From positions 1 through 64,000 of the IMG/VR virus record IMGVR_UViG_3300032783_000063: a stretch of DNA of 64,000 bases. One strand, given 5' to 3'. Below, piece after piece: positions 38,126 through 46,602 of the stretch (the stretch's first letter is position 1; each line of letters starts with the position of its first letter). This stretch comes from a virus. The notes under the pieces were generated by a model, which was given only the letters and a program-made list of their open reading frames with translations, did no database searches and was not told the DNA's origin. Made by a program: the position numbers and the translations under genes.

Positions 38126-38213
38126 CACTCCCTCACCGTGGCCCTCTAATCACCAGGACCGTCCGCTGACACTCCCTCACCGTGGCCCTCTAATCACCAG
38201 GACCGTCCACTGA
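38126..38213. repeat. Tandem 44-bp repeat, 2 copies, 1 mismatch
   Basis: CACTCCCTCACCGTGGCCCTCTAATCACCAGGACCGTCC(G/A)CTGA; includes the HNH stop codon. Confidence 0.95.
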
Positions 38214-38568
38214 CAGGCTGCGGCTGGTCGCCACGCTTCACTGCGTCAGCATGCTCACGACTACAGGCAAGCTGGCTGGCACGGGTGGCACGGTAGGTCA
38301 CGTGGCAGATGGGGCAGACACGCTGGCGTGTTCTCTTGCCCTGCCTGCTGGTGCCGACGACACCGCCGGCTGACTCGTTGCACCGGTCGTGCTCGAGTCC
38401 CAGGTAAGCGCGCGGGCCTGCGCCGTCGCGGTGGCCGAGGTGCAGCTTAGTGGCGTCCCACGTGGGCTGGCCGCAGCGTGCGCATGGCTGGCCCGGGCGC
38501 CAGCGGGCGATGAGCCTGGCGCGCATCTTCTGGTGCGCAGGCCCGTATTTGGAGCCCTTGGGTGCCAT
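38194..38568 (-). CDS. HNH endonuclease (packaging-associated, gp74-like)
   Basis: YG..HQ..R, CARCG, LGH, EH..CN..AG; position upstream of the terminase genes. Confidence 0.8.
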   Translation of the reverse strand: MAPKGSKYGPAHQKMRARLIARWRPGQPCARCGQPTWDATKLHLGHRDGAGPRAYLGLEHDRCNESAGGVVGTSRQGKRTRQRVCPICHVTYRATRASQLACSREHADAVKRGDQPQPVSGRSW

Positions 38569-38571
38569 CGT

Positions 38572-38742
38572 TCAGCCGATGTAGGTTCGTTCGCCGTTGA
38601 GGACGCGCACTGCGGTGATGGCGTCCATGATCCTGAGCACAGGCTCGCCCCACCGCTCGCTGAGTACGCCAAGCGGCAGCTGGTGGTCGGCGTCAGGCAG
38701 CGACTGGACTTCTTCCATGAGTCGCTCGAAGGGCATCCGCAT
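38572..38742 (-). CDS. 56-aa hypothetical protein (not in ORF track)
   Basis: MRMPFERLMEEVQSLPDADHQLPLGVLSERWGEPVLRIMDAITAVRVLNGERTYIG fills the gap exactly. Confidence 0.5.
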   Translation of the reverse strand: MRMPFERLMEEVQSLPDADHQLPLGVLSERWGEPVLRIMDAITAVRVLNGERTYIG

Positions 38743-38752
38743 GGGTCAGCGC

Positions 38753-39094
38753 CTAGTCGGTATGGCGTGTGCGAGGCCGGCGAGGTAGCGGACCGGTCAT
38801 GGTTTCCCTGTGCGGGCATGAGGTGTCAGGCCCAATATCACCACACATTTCGGGGTGGTGTCTAACCGTCCGTAAGACGCGTGCGAGCCAGGGTCCGAGG
38901 GCGGCGTGGAGGCGGAGGAGTTCCTGGGCGTTGTAGGTGAGTTCCGGGTGTCCTCGGCGGCCGGTGTAGCGGTAGCCGGTCGGGAGGAGGCCGAGTGCGC
39001 GGACGATGGCGCGGAGTTGTCTTGTGGTGATGGGCGGGTCGAGGAAGCTGGCGGCTTCGGTGAGGGTGAACCCTACTTCTGCGGGTGCGGACAC
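38753..39094 (-). CDS. MerR/Xis-like winged-HTH protein
   Basis: FTLTEAA...RQLR...G.R..Y. Confidence 0.6.
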   Translation of the reverse strand: MSAPAEVGFTLTEAASFLDPPITTRQLRAIVRALGLLPTGYRYTGRRGHPELTYNAQELLRLHAALGPWLARVLRTVRHHPEMCGDIGPDTSCPHRETMTGPLPRRPRTRHTD

Positions 39095-39103
39095 CGGTCC
39101 AGA

Positions 39104-39799
39104 TTAGCGGTGTGTAATTGTTTTAGCGCTGTGTGGTGACTGTGCGTATTCGGCGGATGTTGGCCGTAGCCGCAGCATGATCTCGGGTGTTGTGTAGATC
39201 GCCGCTGACGGGTAGTGGCGGCTGAGTTTGTCCTCGATCTCGGCTTTAACCAGGTCTGTGTCGGGTGACGGCACGAGCCGCTGGGTGACTGCATGTCCGG
39301 TGAGTGCCTCGAATGTGGCTGCGCCTGCGGGGCCGCGGCGGAACATGTTCGGATGTGGTGTCCAGCGCCGCTGGCCGCCGCCGGCTGGGATGAGGTTTTC
39401 GTGGTCGATGGCGAGGGCTACGATGCGTGCCCGCGCGGAGCGGAAGCCGAGCGGGCCGCCGATGACTTTCCCGTCGCCTTCGATGACGCCGATGATGGCG
39501 TTCTCGGGGTCGTAGATGGGTGCGTGGGCTCGTTGCCAGTATGCCCAGAACCCGCAGCCGCAGCGGTACGTGAACCCGGCGGGCTGGAGGTTCGCGGGAC
39601 TTTTGTAATAGTCGAAGTCGACGGGCGGCTGGTGGGTGCGGTCATTGGAGCAGACGGCCTGGTTGTCGCCGTCTTTCCACACGTACCAGTTGGATCCCCG
39701 GAGCATGCCTTCGCCGGTGAGCGTCCAGGTGCGGACGCCGAACACTGACCCGGCGGTGAATAACCCCGGGCCGTTCTCGTGGAATCCGTCTGCGCTCAT
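39104..39799 (-). CDS. Conserved phage hypothetical protein
   Basis: GVRTW, CGCGFWAY, GVIEGDGKV, GFRS.RARIVAL. Confidence 0.7.
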   Translation of the reverse strand: MSADGFHENGPGLFTAGSVFGVRTWTLTGEGMLRGSNWYVWKDGDNQAVCSNDRTHQPPVDFDYYKSPANLQPAGFTYRCGCGFWAYWQRAHAPIYDPENAIIGVIEGDGKVIGGPLGFRSARARIVALAIDHENLIPAGGGQRRWTPHPNMFRRGPAGAATFEALTGHAVTQRLVPSPDTDLVKAEIEDKLSRHYPSAAIYTTPEIMLRLRPTSAEYAQSPHSAKTITHR

Positions 39800-39930
39800 G
39801 CGGGGATGGGTTCCCTGGCGGGTGCAGGCTGCGCCGGTGCTGGCTGCGGTACGGGTGCTGGTTCCTGTGCTGGGTGGTCGGGCCAGCGTTCATATTCGCG
39901 GACCCATTCAGTTTCGCCGATGTTGCCCAT
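39796..39930 (-). CDS. 44-aa acidic/Pro-rich peptide
   Basis: MGNIGETEWVREYE..., coupled at both ends, GAGG RBS. Confidence 0.5.
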   Translation of the reverse strand: MGNIGETEWVREYERWPDHPAQEPAPVPQPAPAQPAPAREPIPA

Positions 39931-40577
39931 CAGTCCGCCTCGCTGTCGGGTTGCGGTGGCACTGGCGGCACTTGTATCTGCCCGTCTGCCCATACGAGCA
40001 TCGGCTCGCCGGATGCCTGCCCTATCTCCATGGTAGCTGTCGGGCGGCGGCCGGAACTGTCGGCGCAGTCCCCGTACCAGCACATGACAACGCCGGTGCG
40101 CTGTGCCACGCGAAGGGAGAATGTGGAGCAGTATGGGCAGCGTGGCGGGAGGCCGTCGGGTCCTGGCAGCAGACGGCGCCATACGGGTGCGGTGTCGATG
40201 GCGGGCAACTGCTGGGCTGCGGTGATCCACCGGGAGACAAGGTGCATGGCAGTGGTCTCGGCGTCGGTGCCGAGCTGGACGCCGAGCATGGCGATCGCGT
40301 CGATGGCTGCGAGGGTGTGGGCGTCGCTGCCGCCGCGGCGCCTGCCTGGCGTGCCGGTCAGGGCGAGCCGCATGGATGCCTCGAGGCGCCGGGATCCTTC
40401 ATGCACGTCGGTGATGACAGCGGCGACACGGGGGTTCCACGGTGGCGCGGAAGTGGCCTGGCCGTGGCCGTGGACGCCTTCCTCGTCGGGCTGGGTGATG
40501 AGCGCTTCGACTTTGGGCATCCAGGCTGCGAGGTCGTTGCAGGCGTCGGCGAGCTCGGATGGCCGTTCAGCCGGCAT
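39930..40577 (-). CDS. Zinc-ribbon phage protein, possible late regulator
   Basis: PPWN, RCPYC, CWYGDC. Confidence 0.6.
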   Translation of the reverse strand: MPAERPSELADACNDLAAWMPKVEALITQPDEEGVHGHGQATSAPPWNPRVAAVITDVHEGSRRLEASMRLALTGTPGRRRGGSDAHTLAAIDAIAMLGVQLGTDAETTAMHLVSRWITAAQQLPAIDTAPVWRRLLPGPDGLPPRCPYCSTFSLRVAQRTGVVMCWYGDCADSSGRRPTATMEIGQASGEPMLVWADGQIQVPPVPPQPDSEAD

Positions 40578-40947
40578 GGGTGTCTTCGGGTTGCTCGGTG
40601 ACTTCGCCTTCTCCCCGCACTGTGACCTGTGGTTTGTCGCCGTGTGTAACAATTTCGTCACGCATTGCGATCCGCGAGCCTATACCTTTCCCGGCGTAAA
40701 GTTTTAGGTTGCGGTCTGGGTTATAAGCAGCGTTGGATTCGTCCGGGACTACAGCGGCCTGAACGACGTGCCATGGGGAACAGTCGCGCATGACCAGAGT
40801 GTGTCCGCCCGCGCCGAAATTGCAGCCGCAGTCGCGGTTAAGGCGGTCACGCTCGGCGGCCAGGCCATACCGATTCTGGTATGACGGTCCGGTGGAGACA
40901 CTACCGTCTGGGTGCATGATCCCCCATTCGCGGCGGTCAGTCGGCAT
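40567..40947 (-). CDS. Hypothetical protein
   Basis: Overlaps both neighbours in operon fashion. Confidence 0.5.
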   Translation of the reverse strand: MPTDRREWGIMHPDGSVSTGPSYQNRYGLAAERDRLNRDCGCNFGAGGHTLVMRDCSPWHVVQAAVVPDESNAAYNPDRNLKLYAGKGIGSRIAMRDEIVTHGDKPQVTVRGEGEVTEQPEDTHAG

Positions 40948-41170
40948 GTGACCAGGTGGTGTCGGGCGGGGGCCTGAAGGTAACCATGGGCAGCGGTTTG
41001 TCCCGTTTCAGTGTGCTGGTGTCTTTGCGTTTGATGCGGCCTTCGGCGGCGAGGCGCATGATGACGGCGGTGACGAGCCAGGAGGACATGGGCTCGCCGT
41101 CGCGGGCGTCGTTGACGGCGGCGAGGACTTTCGCGGGCATTCTGGCCTGCACGACGGGTGAATTGGCCAC
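40937..41170 (-). CDS. Ribbon-helix-helix protein
   Basis: VVQARMPAKVLAAVNDARDGEPMSSWL. Confidence 0.6.
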   Translation of the reverse strand: MANSPVVQARMPAKVLAAVNDARDGEPMSSWLVTAVIMRLAAEGRIKRKDTSTLKRDKPLPMVTFRPPPDTTWSHAD

Positions 41171-41183
41171 GTTTTCTACTGTA

Positions 41184-41426
41184 TTACAGGTTGCCGGGGT
41201 CGGCTGGGTCGGGGATGCCCTGCTTGAGGACGACGACCGGGATAGTGGTGGTGCCGGTGCTGCTCGTGGCGGTGCTGGCGCCGAGGGCATGCGCCAGGCG
41301 GAGTGAGATGGCGTGCCTCAGCCATCCCGACCGTGTCATGTCGCCGCGGGCGTCGTCGATGGCCTCGAGGGTCTGCGCGCTGACCTTGACAGACAGGGTG
41401 GCTCGTTTGCCGGCGGACCGTGGCAC
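41184..41426 (-). CDS. Ribbon-helix-helix (CopG-like) protein
   Basis: LSVKVSAQTLEAIDDARGDMTRSGWLRHAI. Confidence 0.7.
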   Translation of the reverse strand: MPRSAGKRATLSVKVSAQTLEAIDDARGDMTRSGWLRHAISLRLAHALGASTATSSTGTTTIPVVVLKQGIPDPADPGNL

Positions 41427-41559
41427 CTGGCCAGCGTAGCGAAACGTGAGACACGGGACACGGGGTGTCGTTAGGCTCCCGCGTCATCAGGCGCTCGGAG
41501 GAACGCCAGCAGGACCGGCGGTCGTCCGCATGGGCGCGAAGCGCGCGAGAAGGACGTTT

Positions 41560-42366
41560 ATGGGCCGCCATAGGAAACCGTCACGCCTGCTGACAGGTGC
41601 GACCGCTGGTGCCGCTGCTGCCCCCGCGCTGGCCGGGGTGGCGGCGGCTTTCTGTCTTACTCAGCCGCCGCCGCAGGAGCCTGCGGTGCTGCCTGACGTG
41701 CAGCATGTGGCCATGGCTGCCCTGTCGGCGCCAGCGGGGACGTACACGGTGCAGCCAGGCGACACCCTGTCAGGCATCGCCGGCCGAGTGTGGGACAACC
41801 CGGCCGGATGGACAGAGATTTACGGCCAGAACCGGCAGGTGATCGGCGGCGACCCGAACCTGATCCTGGCGGGTGAGCGGCTGACGGTGGGCGCCGAGTT
41901 CCCGAGCCGGCCAGTGCAGGCTGCGCCGGCGCAGTCCGTGCCGCACCTGCAGGGCACTTACGGGCATCCGTATTACTGCGGTGACGGCGACGGCGACGGC
42001 TTCGACATGCCGTGCTGGAAACTCCACCATGATGCTCCTGGACGGGCGTCCGCTCCCCCACAGGCGCCCGTCCAGGGATACCGGGCACCCGCGGCACCCG
42101 TGCAGGCCCCCGCCCGCGCGGTGTCATACACAGGCTCCGGCGGGTTCCAGTCATGTGTGATCGCACGCGAGTCGGGCGGGAACAGCCAGGTGATGAACTC
42201 GTCGGGGCATTACGGCCTGTACCAGTTCGCCGCGGGCACATGGGCGGCGGCGGGCGGGAACCCCGGCGACTTCGGGCATGCGTCGGTGGCCGAGCAGAAC
42301 CAGGTGTTCGCGTCCGCGTATGCGAAGTGGGGCACACAGCCCTGGGCGGGTTACGACGGCTGCTGA
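41560..42366 (+). CDS. Secreted LysM + Rpf-like lytic transglycosylase
   Basis: MGRHRKP leader, YTVQPGDTLSGIA..PNLI LysM, ARESGGN, YGLYQF..GTW, EQ, G..PW. Confidence 0.88.
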   Translation: MGRHRKPSRLLTGATAGAAAAPALAGVAAAFCLTQPPPQEPAVLPDVQHVAMAALSAPAGTYTVQPGDTLSGIAGRVWDNPAGWTEIYGQNRQVIGGDPNLILAGERLTVGAEFPSRPVQAAPAQSVPHLQGTYGHPYYCGDGDGDGFDMPCWKLHHDAPGRASAPPQAPVQGYRAPAAPVQAPARAVSYTGSGGFQSCVIARESGGNSQVMNSSGHYGLYQFAAGTWAAAGGNPGDFGHASVAEQNQVFASAYAKWGTQPWAGYDGC

Positions 42367-42504
42367 GGAGGGCTGGTTGGACGTTGCTGAGGTTCTCGGA
42401 CTTTTGCTGACCGGGCTGGCCGGGGTGGCGTGTGTTGTGCTGCTGCGGGCCGTCCTCCACGTGATCCGGCACTGGAGGACGGCCCGCGACATCATCGACG
42501 ACAG

Positions 42505-42843
42505 CTAGCCCGTAGCTAGCACCGGCTTGTCGAACGCCCGCACCTTCCCGTGCCAGGACTCGACCATGTCGAGGATGATCCTGGCCTCGGATACGTCCAC
42601 CCGCAGGCTGCGGCGTTCACCGTGGCGGGCGCGGTCCATGACTGCCAGCAGCCTGTCCGTTGCGGCGGTCAGCTGGCTGGCCAGGTCCTCACCGCACGCC
42701 GGGTCGGATGTCGGCCAGTGGTCGCACTCGTCGGCGACGAAGTAGCCTTCCGGAGCGAGACCCGGGCTGGGCTCGAGGTGGACTGGGCGGCCTTCCTGCC
42801 AGTCCCTGAGACAGGCGGGGCACATCAGCTCGGGTTTTGTCAT
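42505..42843 (-). CDS. Hypothetical Cys-containing protein
   Basis: MTKPELMCPAC; GAAAGGA RBS. Confidence 0.55.
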   Translation of the reverse strand: MTKPELMCPACLRDWQEGRPVHLEPSPGLAPEGYFVADECDHWPTSDPACGEDLASQLTAATDRLLAVMDRARHGERRSLRVDVSEARIILDMVESWHGKVRAFDKPVLATG

Positions 42844-43271
42844 TGTGGTCCTTTCCTGTTGCCGCATGTGTAGTGTCCGCGGTTTTGCGAGCAAAGCTCG
42901 ACGTAGATGTGCTTGTAGGCGAACAGGGTGTCGGTGGTGGAGAAGTGCGTGCCGGCGGTCCCGCCGTTTTCCGCGGTTCCGACGGTGATGTCCTTGGGGT
43001 TGCTGACCGTGTCGTAGTGGAGGTGGAGTTTCGCCCATCCTGTGCGGCAGGTGGATTTGAGGGTTCCGTCGACGTCGAGGTAGTGATCGCCGAGGGGGTG
43101 CGTGCCCCAGCCGATGGTGCCTTTCCATGTGGCGCAGCTGATGGCGGAACTGTAGTGCGCTGCGTACGCTACTGCCGGCCTGGGTGGTGGCTGCGTGGAT
43201 GCGCGGGCTGCTGCGGGTGCGGCCAGCAGGCTGAGTGTTCCTGCGGTGGCCAGGATGGTGCGTGTCCTCAA
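42840..43271 (-). CDS. Small secreted protein
   Basis: Signal peptide RTRTILATAGTLSLLAAPAAARA; four Cys. Confidence 0.6.
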   Translation of the reverse strand: MRTRTILATAGTLSLLAAPAAARASTQPPPRPAVAYAAHYSSAISCATWKGTIGWGTHPLGDHYLDVDGTLKSTCRTGWAKLHLHYDTVSNPKDITVGTAENGGTAGTHFSTTDTLFAYKHIYVELCSQNRGHYTCGNRKGPQ

Positions 43272-43533
43272 GTGTCGCCCTTTCGCTGGACGGACACCAG
43301 CCATGCGGACGGGAAGATGACAGAAACAGGTAGGATCATCGCATCTGCACCGGGTTCGCGTGGTCGGTGTGGGTCACGGCCTGGGACGCTCGAACGTCGC
43401 CAGGCCACTTACGTTGAGTATACCAGCCATCACCGCAGGTTAAACGGCTGTGCTGTCATACACAGTGGCGGTGGTGGCGCGGTGGCGGCCGACCGAAGCC
43501 GCCCCGCGCCAGACAAGCCTACGCTGGCCACAG

Positions 43534-43749
43534 TCACCCAGGCGGCGGCGCGTACGGGTCGACGGTCTGCTGCGGCAGCGCCGGCGCCCCCGAGAACGAC
43601 GGCGCCGGGCCGTTGTACCCGCCCCCGCCGTCGGGTACATCCGGGGAGTCCTCGTGCACACGGCTGCACGAGCGCGCCGACGACACCGGGACGCCGACGA
43701 ACACGATCGCAGCCGCCAGGACTGACGCTAACCGCCGCCACTTCACCAT
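43534..43749 (-). CDS. Small exported peptide
   Basis: KWRR + hydrophobic LAAAIVFVGVPV + Cys. Confidence 0.5.
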   Translation of the reverse strand: MVKWRRLASVLAAAIVFVGVPVSSARSCSRVHEDSPDVPDGGGGYNGPAPSFSGAPALPQQTVDPYAPPPG

Positions 43750-43780
43750 TCCACCACCTATCTACCCGGATTGATCAAGG

Positions 43781-43918
43781 TTAGCCGTTGACGTCGCCGC
43801 CGCCAGTTTCGCCGGACGACGGGTGCTTGTGCGCCGGCCAGCAGCCGCTGACCGCCACCGGGACGCCGGCGAACATAATCGCAGCCAGCAGGATCGCAGC
43901 CGCCCGCCGTTTCTTCAT
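43781..43918 (-). CDS. Small putative lipopeptide
   Basis: MKKRRAAAILLAAIMFAGVPVAVSG-C lipobox-like. Confidence 0.5.
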   Translation of the reverse strand: MKKRRAAAILLAAIMFAGVPVAVSGCWPAHKHPSSGETGGGDVNG

Positions 43919-44156
43919 TCCACCGCCTACGGGATGATCGGGCCGGTTGTCATGGGCGTCGGCGCTGTCGGGTCGCCGTTCCGGCACACCGTGTCGCATC
44001 CCTTGCTAAGGGTTCGCAGGCCGGGCCCCCACGGGCTCCCGTATCTCCTGCGCTTCGATGACCGTTTGCGCCACGGCCTAAGGTCAAGGATAGTAAGGAA
44101 CACTATCACGCTCGACCACGCGAAGGCCCCGTGCTTATACTTGCCATGTCACACAC

Positions 44157-45407
44157 TCAAGCAGCACCATAGGTAATGAATCCACCTGGTGATGGTTTAT
44201 GTGAATCACACCATTTCCCGCCTGCGTATAGTCGTGGCGGCTGAGTGCAGTCAGGCACTATGCAACCTGTCACCTGCAGCACTGGCTCGGCGTTCTCCTG
44301 CCGCATGTTCTCGACCAGATTGAGATCGCAGATCCAGCAAAGCTGTCCAGGACCTGGACTGCGGTTACCGCGTCCCGTTTTGTGGTCGTGCGGGTTAGCC
44401 GTACGCCAGCGATCTAGTTCCGCCAGCGCCACGGGATCGGGTTCCCCAGGGCGCATGTCACACAGGCATGGGATGTGACCATGATAGCGACATCGGCCAG
44501 ACTTATACCGTTGGGTTCGTTTCGTCTGAAACGCGCTACCAGGCATCCATGTGCCTTGACCATCAGTCAGATGCTGGTAACGCTCAAAGCAAGACGAATG
44601 AACTAGGTAAGCGTGGCCGTCCCAACTGCGCAGCGGAACGATCTCGCCGGCTGGCACGCCGACGACGACATCATCGACAGACAATCCCAGGGCGGGCGTG
44701 AGGACTGGATGCTCGCGACCGCAGGGACGTCGACTGCCGTCTGGGCAGCGGGGCAGCAAGTTGTCGAAGGTCGCGCACTTGCGGGCTTCGACAACTCTGA
44801 GGCCGGTCGCTGTGACCGCGCGGCGTGGCGGTACACCTTCGCTGAAGATCCTCGGATTGTTGCAGCCCAAAGCTGGTACGGAGTCAAGCATCCGAGGCCG
44901 TGGGCCCCAGTCGTTGAACCACGCTGGAAGATACCCGGCAGCGTAGTACGTTTTAGTTCGATTGTTGATCTTTCTGGAATGTTGCTCGTATCGCTGGATT
45001 TCGATGTCCGTTGGCACGACGCATCCTGTGATCGCCACATCGAGAACGCCTCCGTCGACCACAACCTCCTGGCCAACGGTCATCCCGGCGTCTTGCGGCG
45101 GCCGAGCACAGTAGTCCTGCTCATTCTGATGTTCAGCGCTCTTCCTGCTGATCTCATGATCATCGTCGTGCCGGTCGTGGCCTTCCCCCGCGAAGTGCCG
45201 CGCAAAGTATTTCTCCGGTGCGCTGGATGTGGCTTGCCGTCGAACGACGTGCATCGCCCCGTCCCCACCATGCTCTAAGCAGAGCAGAACTCGATCATCG
45301 CGCTTGATCTCGTTGTGCAGACTGGTGATAACCCGGTAATCCGCGCCGGACAGCTTGCCGAGATCCAGGTCGCGATGTTCAGGGACATAATGTACACGGC
45401 CGGTCAT
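44157..45407 (-). CDS. CoiA-like PD-(D/E)XK nuclease with Cys-rich C-terminus
   Basis: LLC..H, RHF, S.EH, E..., LDV, IEIQ; visibly lower GC than flanks. Confidence 0.6.
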   Translation of the reverse strand: MTGRVHYVPEHRDLDLGKLSGADYRVITSLHNEIKRDDRVLLCLEHGGDGAMHVVRRQATSSAPEKYFARHFAGEGHDRHDDDHEISRKSAEHQNEQDYCARPPQDAGMTVGQEVVVDGGVLDVAITGCVVPTDIEIQRYEQHSRKINNRTKTYYAAGYLPAWFNDWGPRPRMLDSVPALGCNNPRIFSEGVPPRRAVTATGLRVVEARKCATFDNLLPRCPDGSRRPCGREHPVLTPALGLSVDDVVVGVPAGEIVPLRSWDGHAYLVHSSCFERYQHLTDGQGTWMPGSAFQTKRTQRYKSGRCRYHGHIPCLCDMRPGEPDPVALAELDRWRTANPHDHKTGRGNRSPGPGQLCWICDLNLVENMRQENAEPVLQVTGCIVPDCTQPPRLYAGGKWCDSHKPSPGGFITYGAA

Positions 45408-45663
45408 TGGACACCTTCACGAAGTCATGGATATGCATGACCTCAGGGTATACGGACCCTCGGACACTCTGATGTCACGGACGCGCGGCCCTTGACACGC
45501 AGTCCAGGGACAACGGGACATCGCGCCTGCCGTGGCCGTCGCTGGCGGAGGATGAGCTGGCGCGGTTCGCGGCGAAGCGGCTGTCCGAGGAGATGGCTGA
45601 ACGGCAGCGGCAGGGCCAGGCCGCCAGGGCCAGGGCTGTGGCCGGGGACTCTGGTGATGCGGC

Positions 45664-46011
45664 GTGAGAACCGACCTGCGTATCGCCTGCGACCGTTGCG
45701 GCATCGACGCCCCGGACATGCCCGACGTTCTGCGCTGGCTGATCAGCGATGAGGCCGGTGGCGGTGTCCCCGCTGTCTGCCCGGCTTGCCAGACCCTGGC
45801 TGAGAGGGGTCTTGTCGCAGCGGCTCACGAGGGGCTCCGGTGGATTCATGACAACGCTGGTGTAGGCGGTCCGGGGACGATGTTCCTGGATTACGTGTCC
45901 TGTGTCGGTGACCAGCTGGTTCGCCGTCGTCATCGCCGGGGTGACCATTCCCGGTGTTACGCGGACGACGGCTGCCGTTCTGCGGGGGCGCGTGTGTTAC
46001 CGCCGGGGTGA
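45664..46011 (+). CDS. Hypothetical zinc-finger protein
   Basis: CDRC...CPAC. Confidence 0.45.
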   Translation: MRTDLRIACDRCGIDAPDMPDVLRWLISDEAGGGVPAVCPACQTLAERGLVAAAHEGLRWIHDNAGVGGPGTMFLDYVSCVGDQLVRRRHRRGDHSRCYADDGCRSAGARVLPPG

Positions 46012-46217
46012 CCCCGGATATGCGGAACGGCCGGGGTTACCACGCCCGGCCGCCCGCCAAACCAGCCCGGCTCCCTCAACAGAGCCGTCCAACAGCACCG
46101 GATCCCCACCGTCAAGAGAGGCCCAGATATGGAAAGAGTACCGGAAGAGGCCGACAGAACCACTGCTCCCCGGCCGGCTGCGTCCCGGCTGCATCGCATC
46201 AGCAAAGGCCGGTGGGG

Positions 46218-46602
46218 GTCGCACCTCTCGCACCCGCTCCGCGCTGGCTCGGGTCAGAGGAGGCGTCGCACCTCTCCCGCCCGCGCCGCAGGGCCCTGGC
46301 CTCGGGCGCTGTGCTCGGCGCGGGGGGCGCGGGAGGACCCGGACCGACCACAATGTCCGCCGATGAGTCGCACCTCACGCGGCACCAACTGCCCGGCCCC
46401 AGTGCAAACCAGTGTCACACCTCCCCGACCGCGAGGCCCGGCAGAGGGCCTACAGCAGCACGCATGGCCACCGCCACCCGGACCACACAGCGCTGCTGGC
46501 GCCAGCTCGAACAGGCCGGCTGGCTGTCACCGGCCCTCCGGCTCCATCCCGCCCTGAGACTTCGCGGCCGCTGAGGAGCCTCATGCCCTCATGTCGCCCC
46601 TC
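46218..46602 (-). repeat. Five copies of a 10-nt motif at and after the tnpB 3' end (GAGGTGCGAC on minus strand)
   Basis: Plus-strand GTCGCACCTC at 46218, 46265, 46367; GTCACACCTC at 46414; GTCGCCCCTC at 46593. Confidence 0.8.

Noticed and set aside
38065-38213. CRISPR array
   Set aside because: Repeats are head-to-tail with no unique spacers
41427-41559. c-di-AMP (ydaO) riboswitch upstream of the Rpf-like gene
   Set aside because: Expected for actinobacterial rpfA, but the leader is short and the conserved motifs are not recognisable
46218-46602. Canonical CRISPR array (type I-C-like GTCGCAC start)
   Set aside because: Only 10 nt conserved, irregular spacing, no cas1/cas2; kept only as a candidate TnpB-associated proto-array
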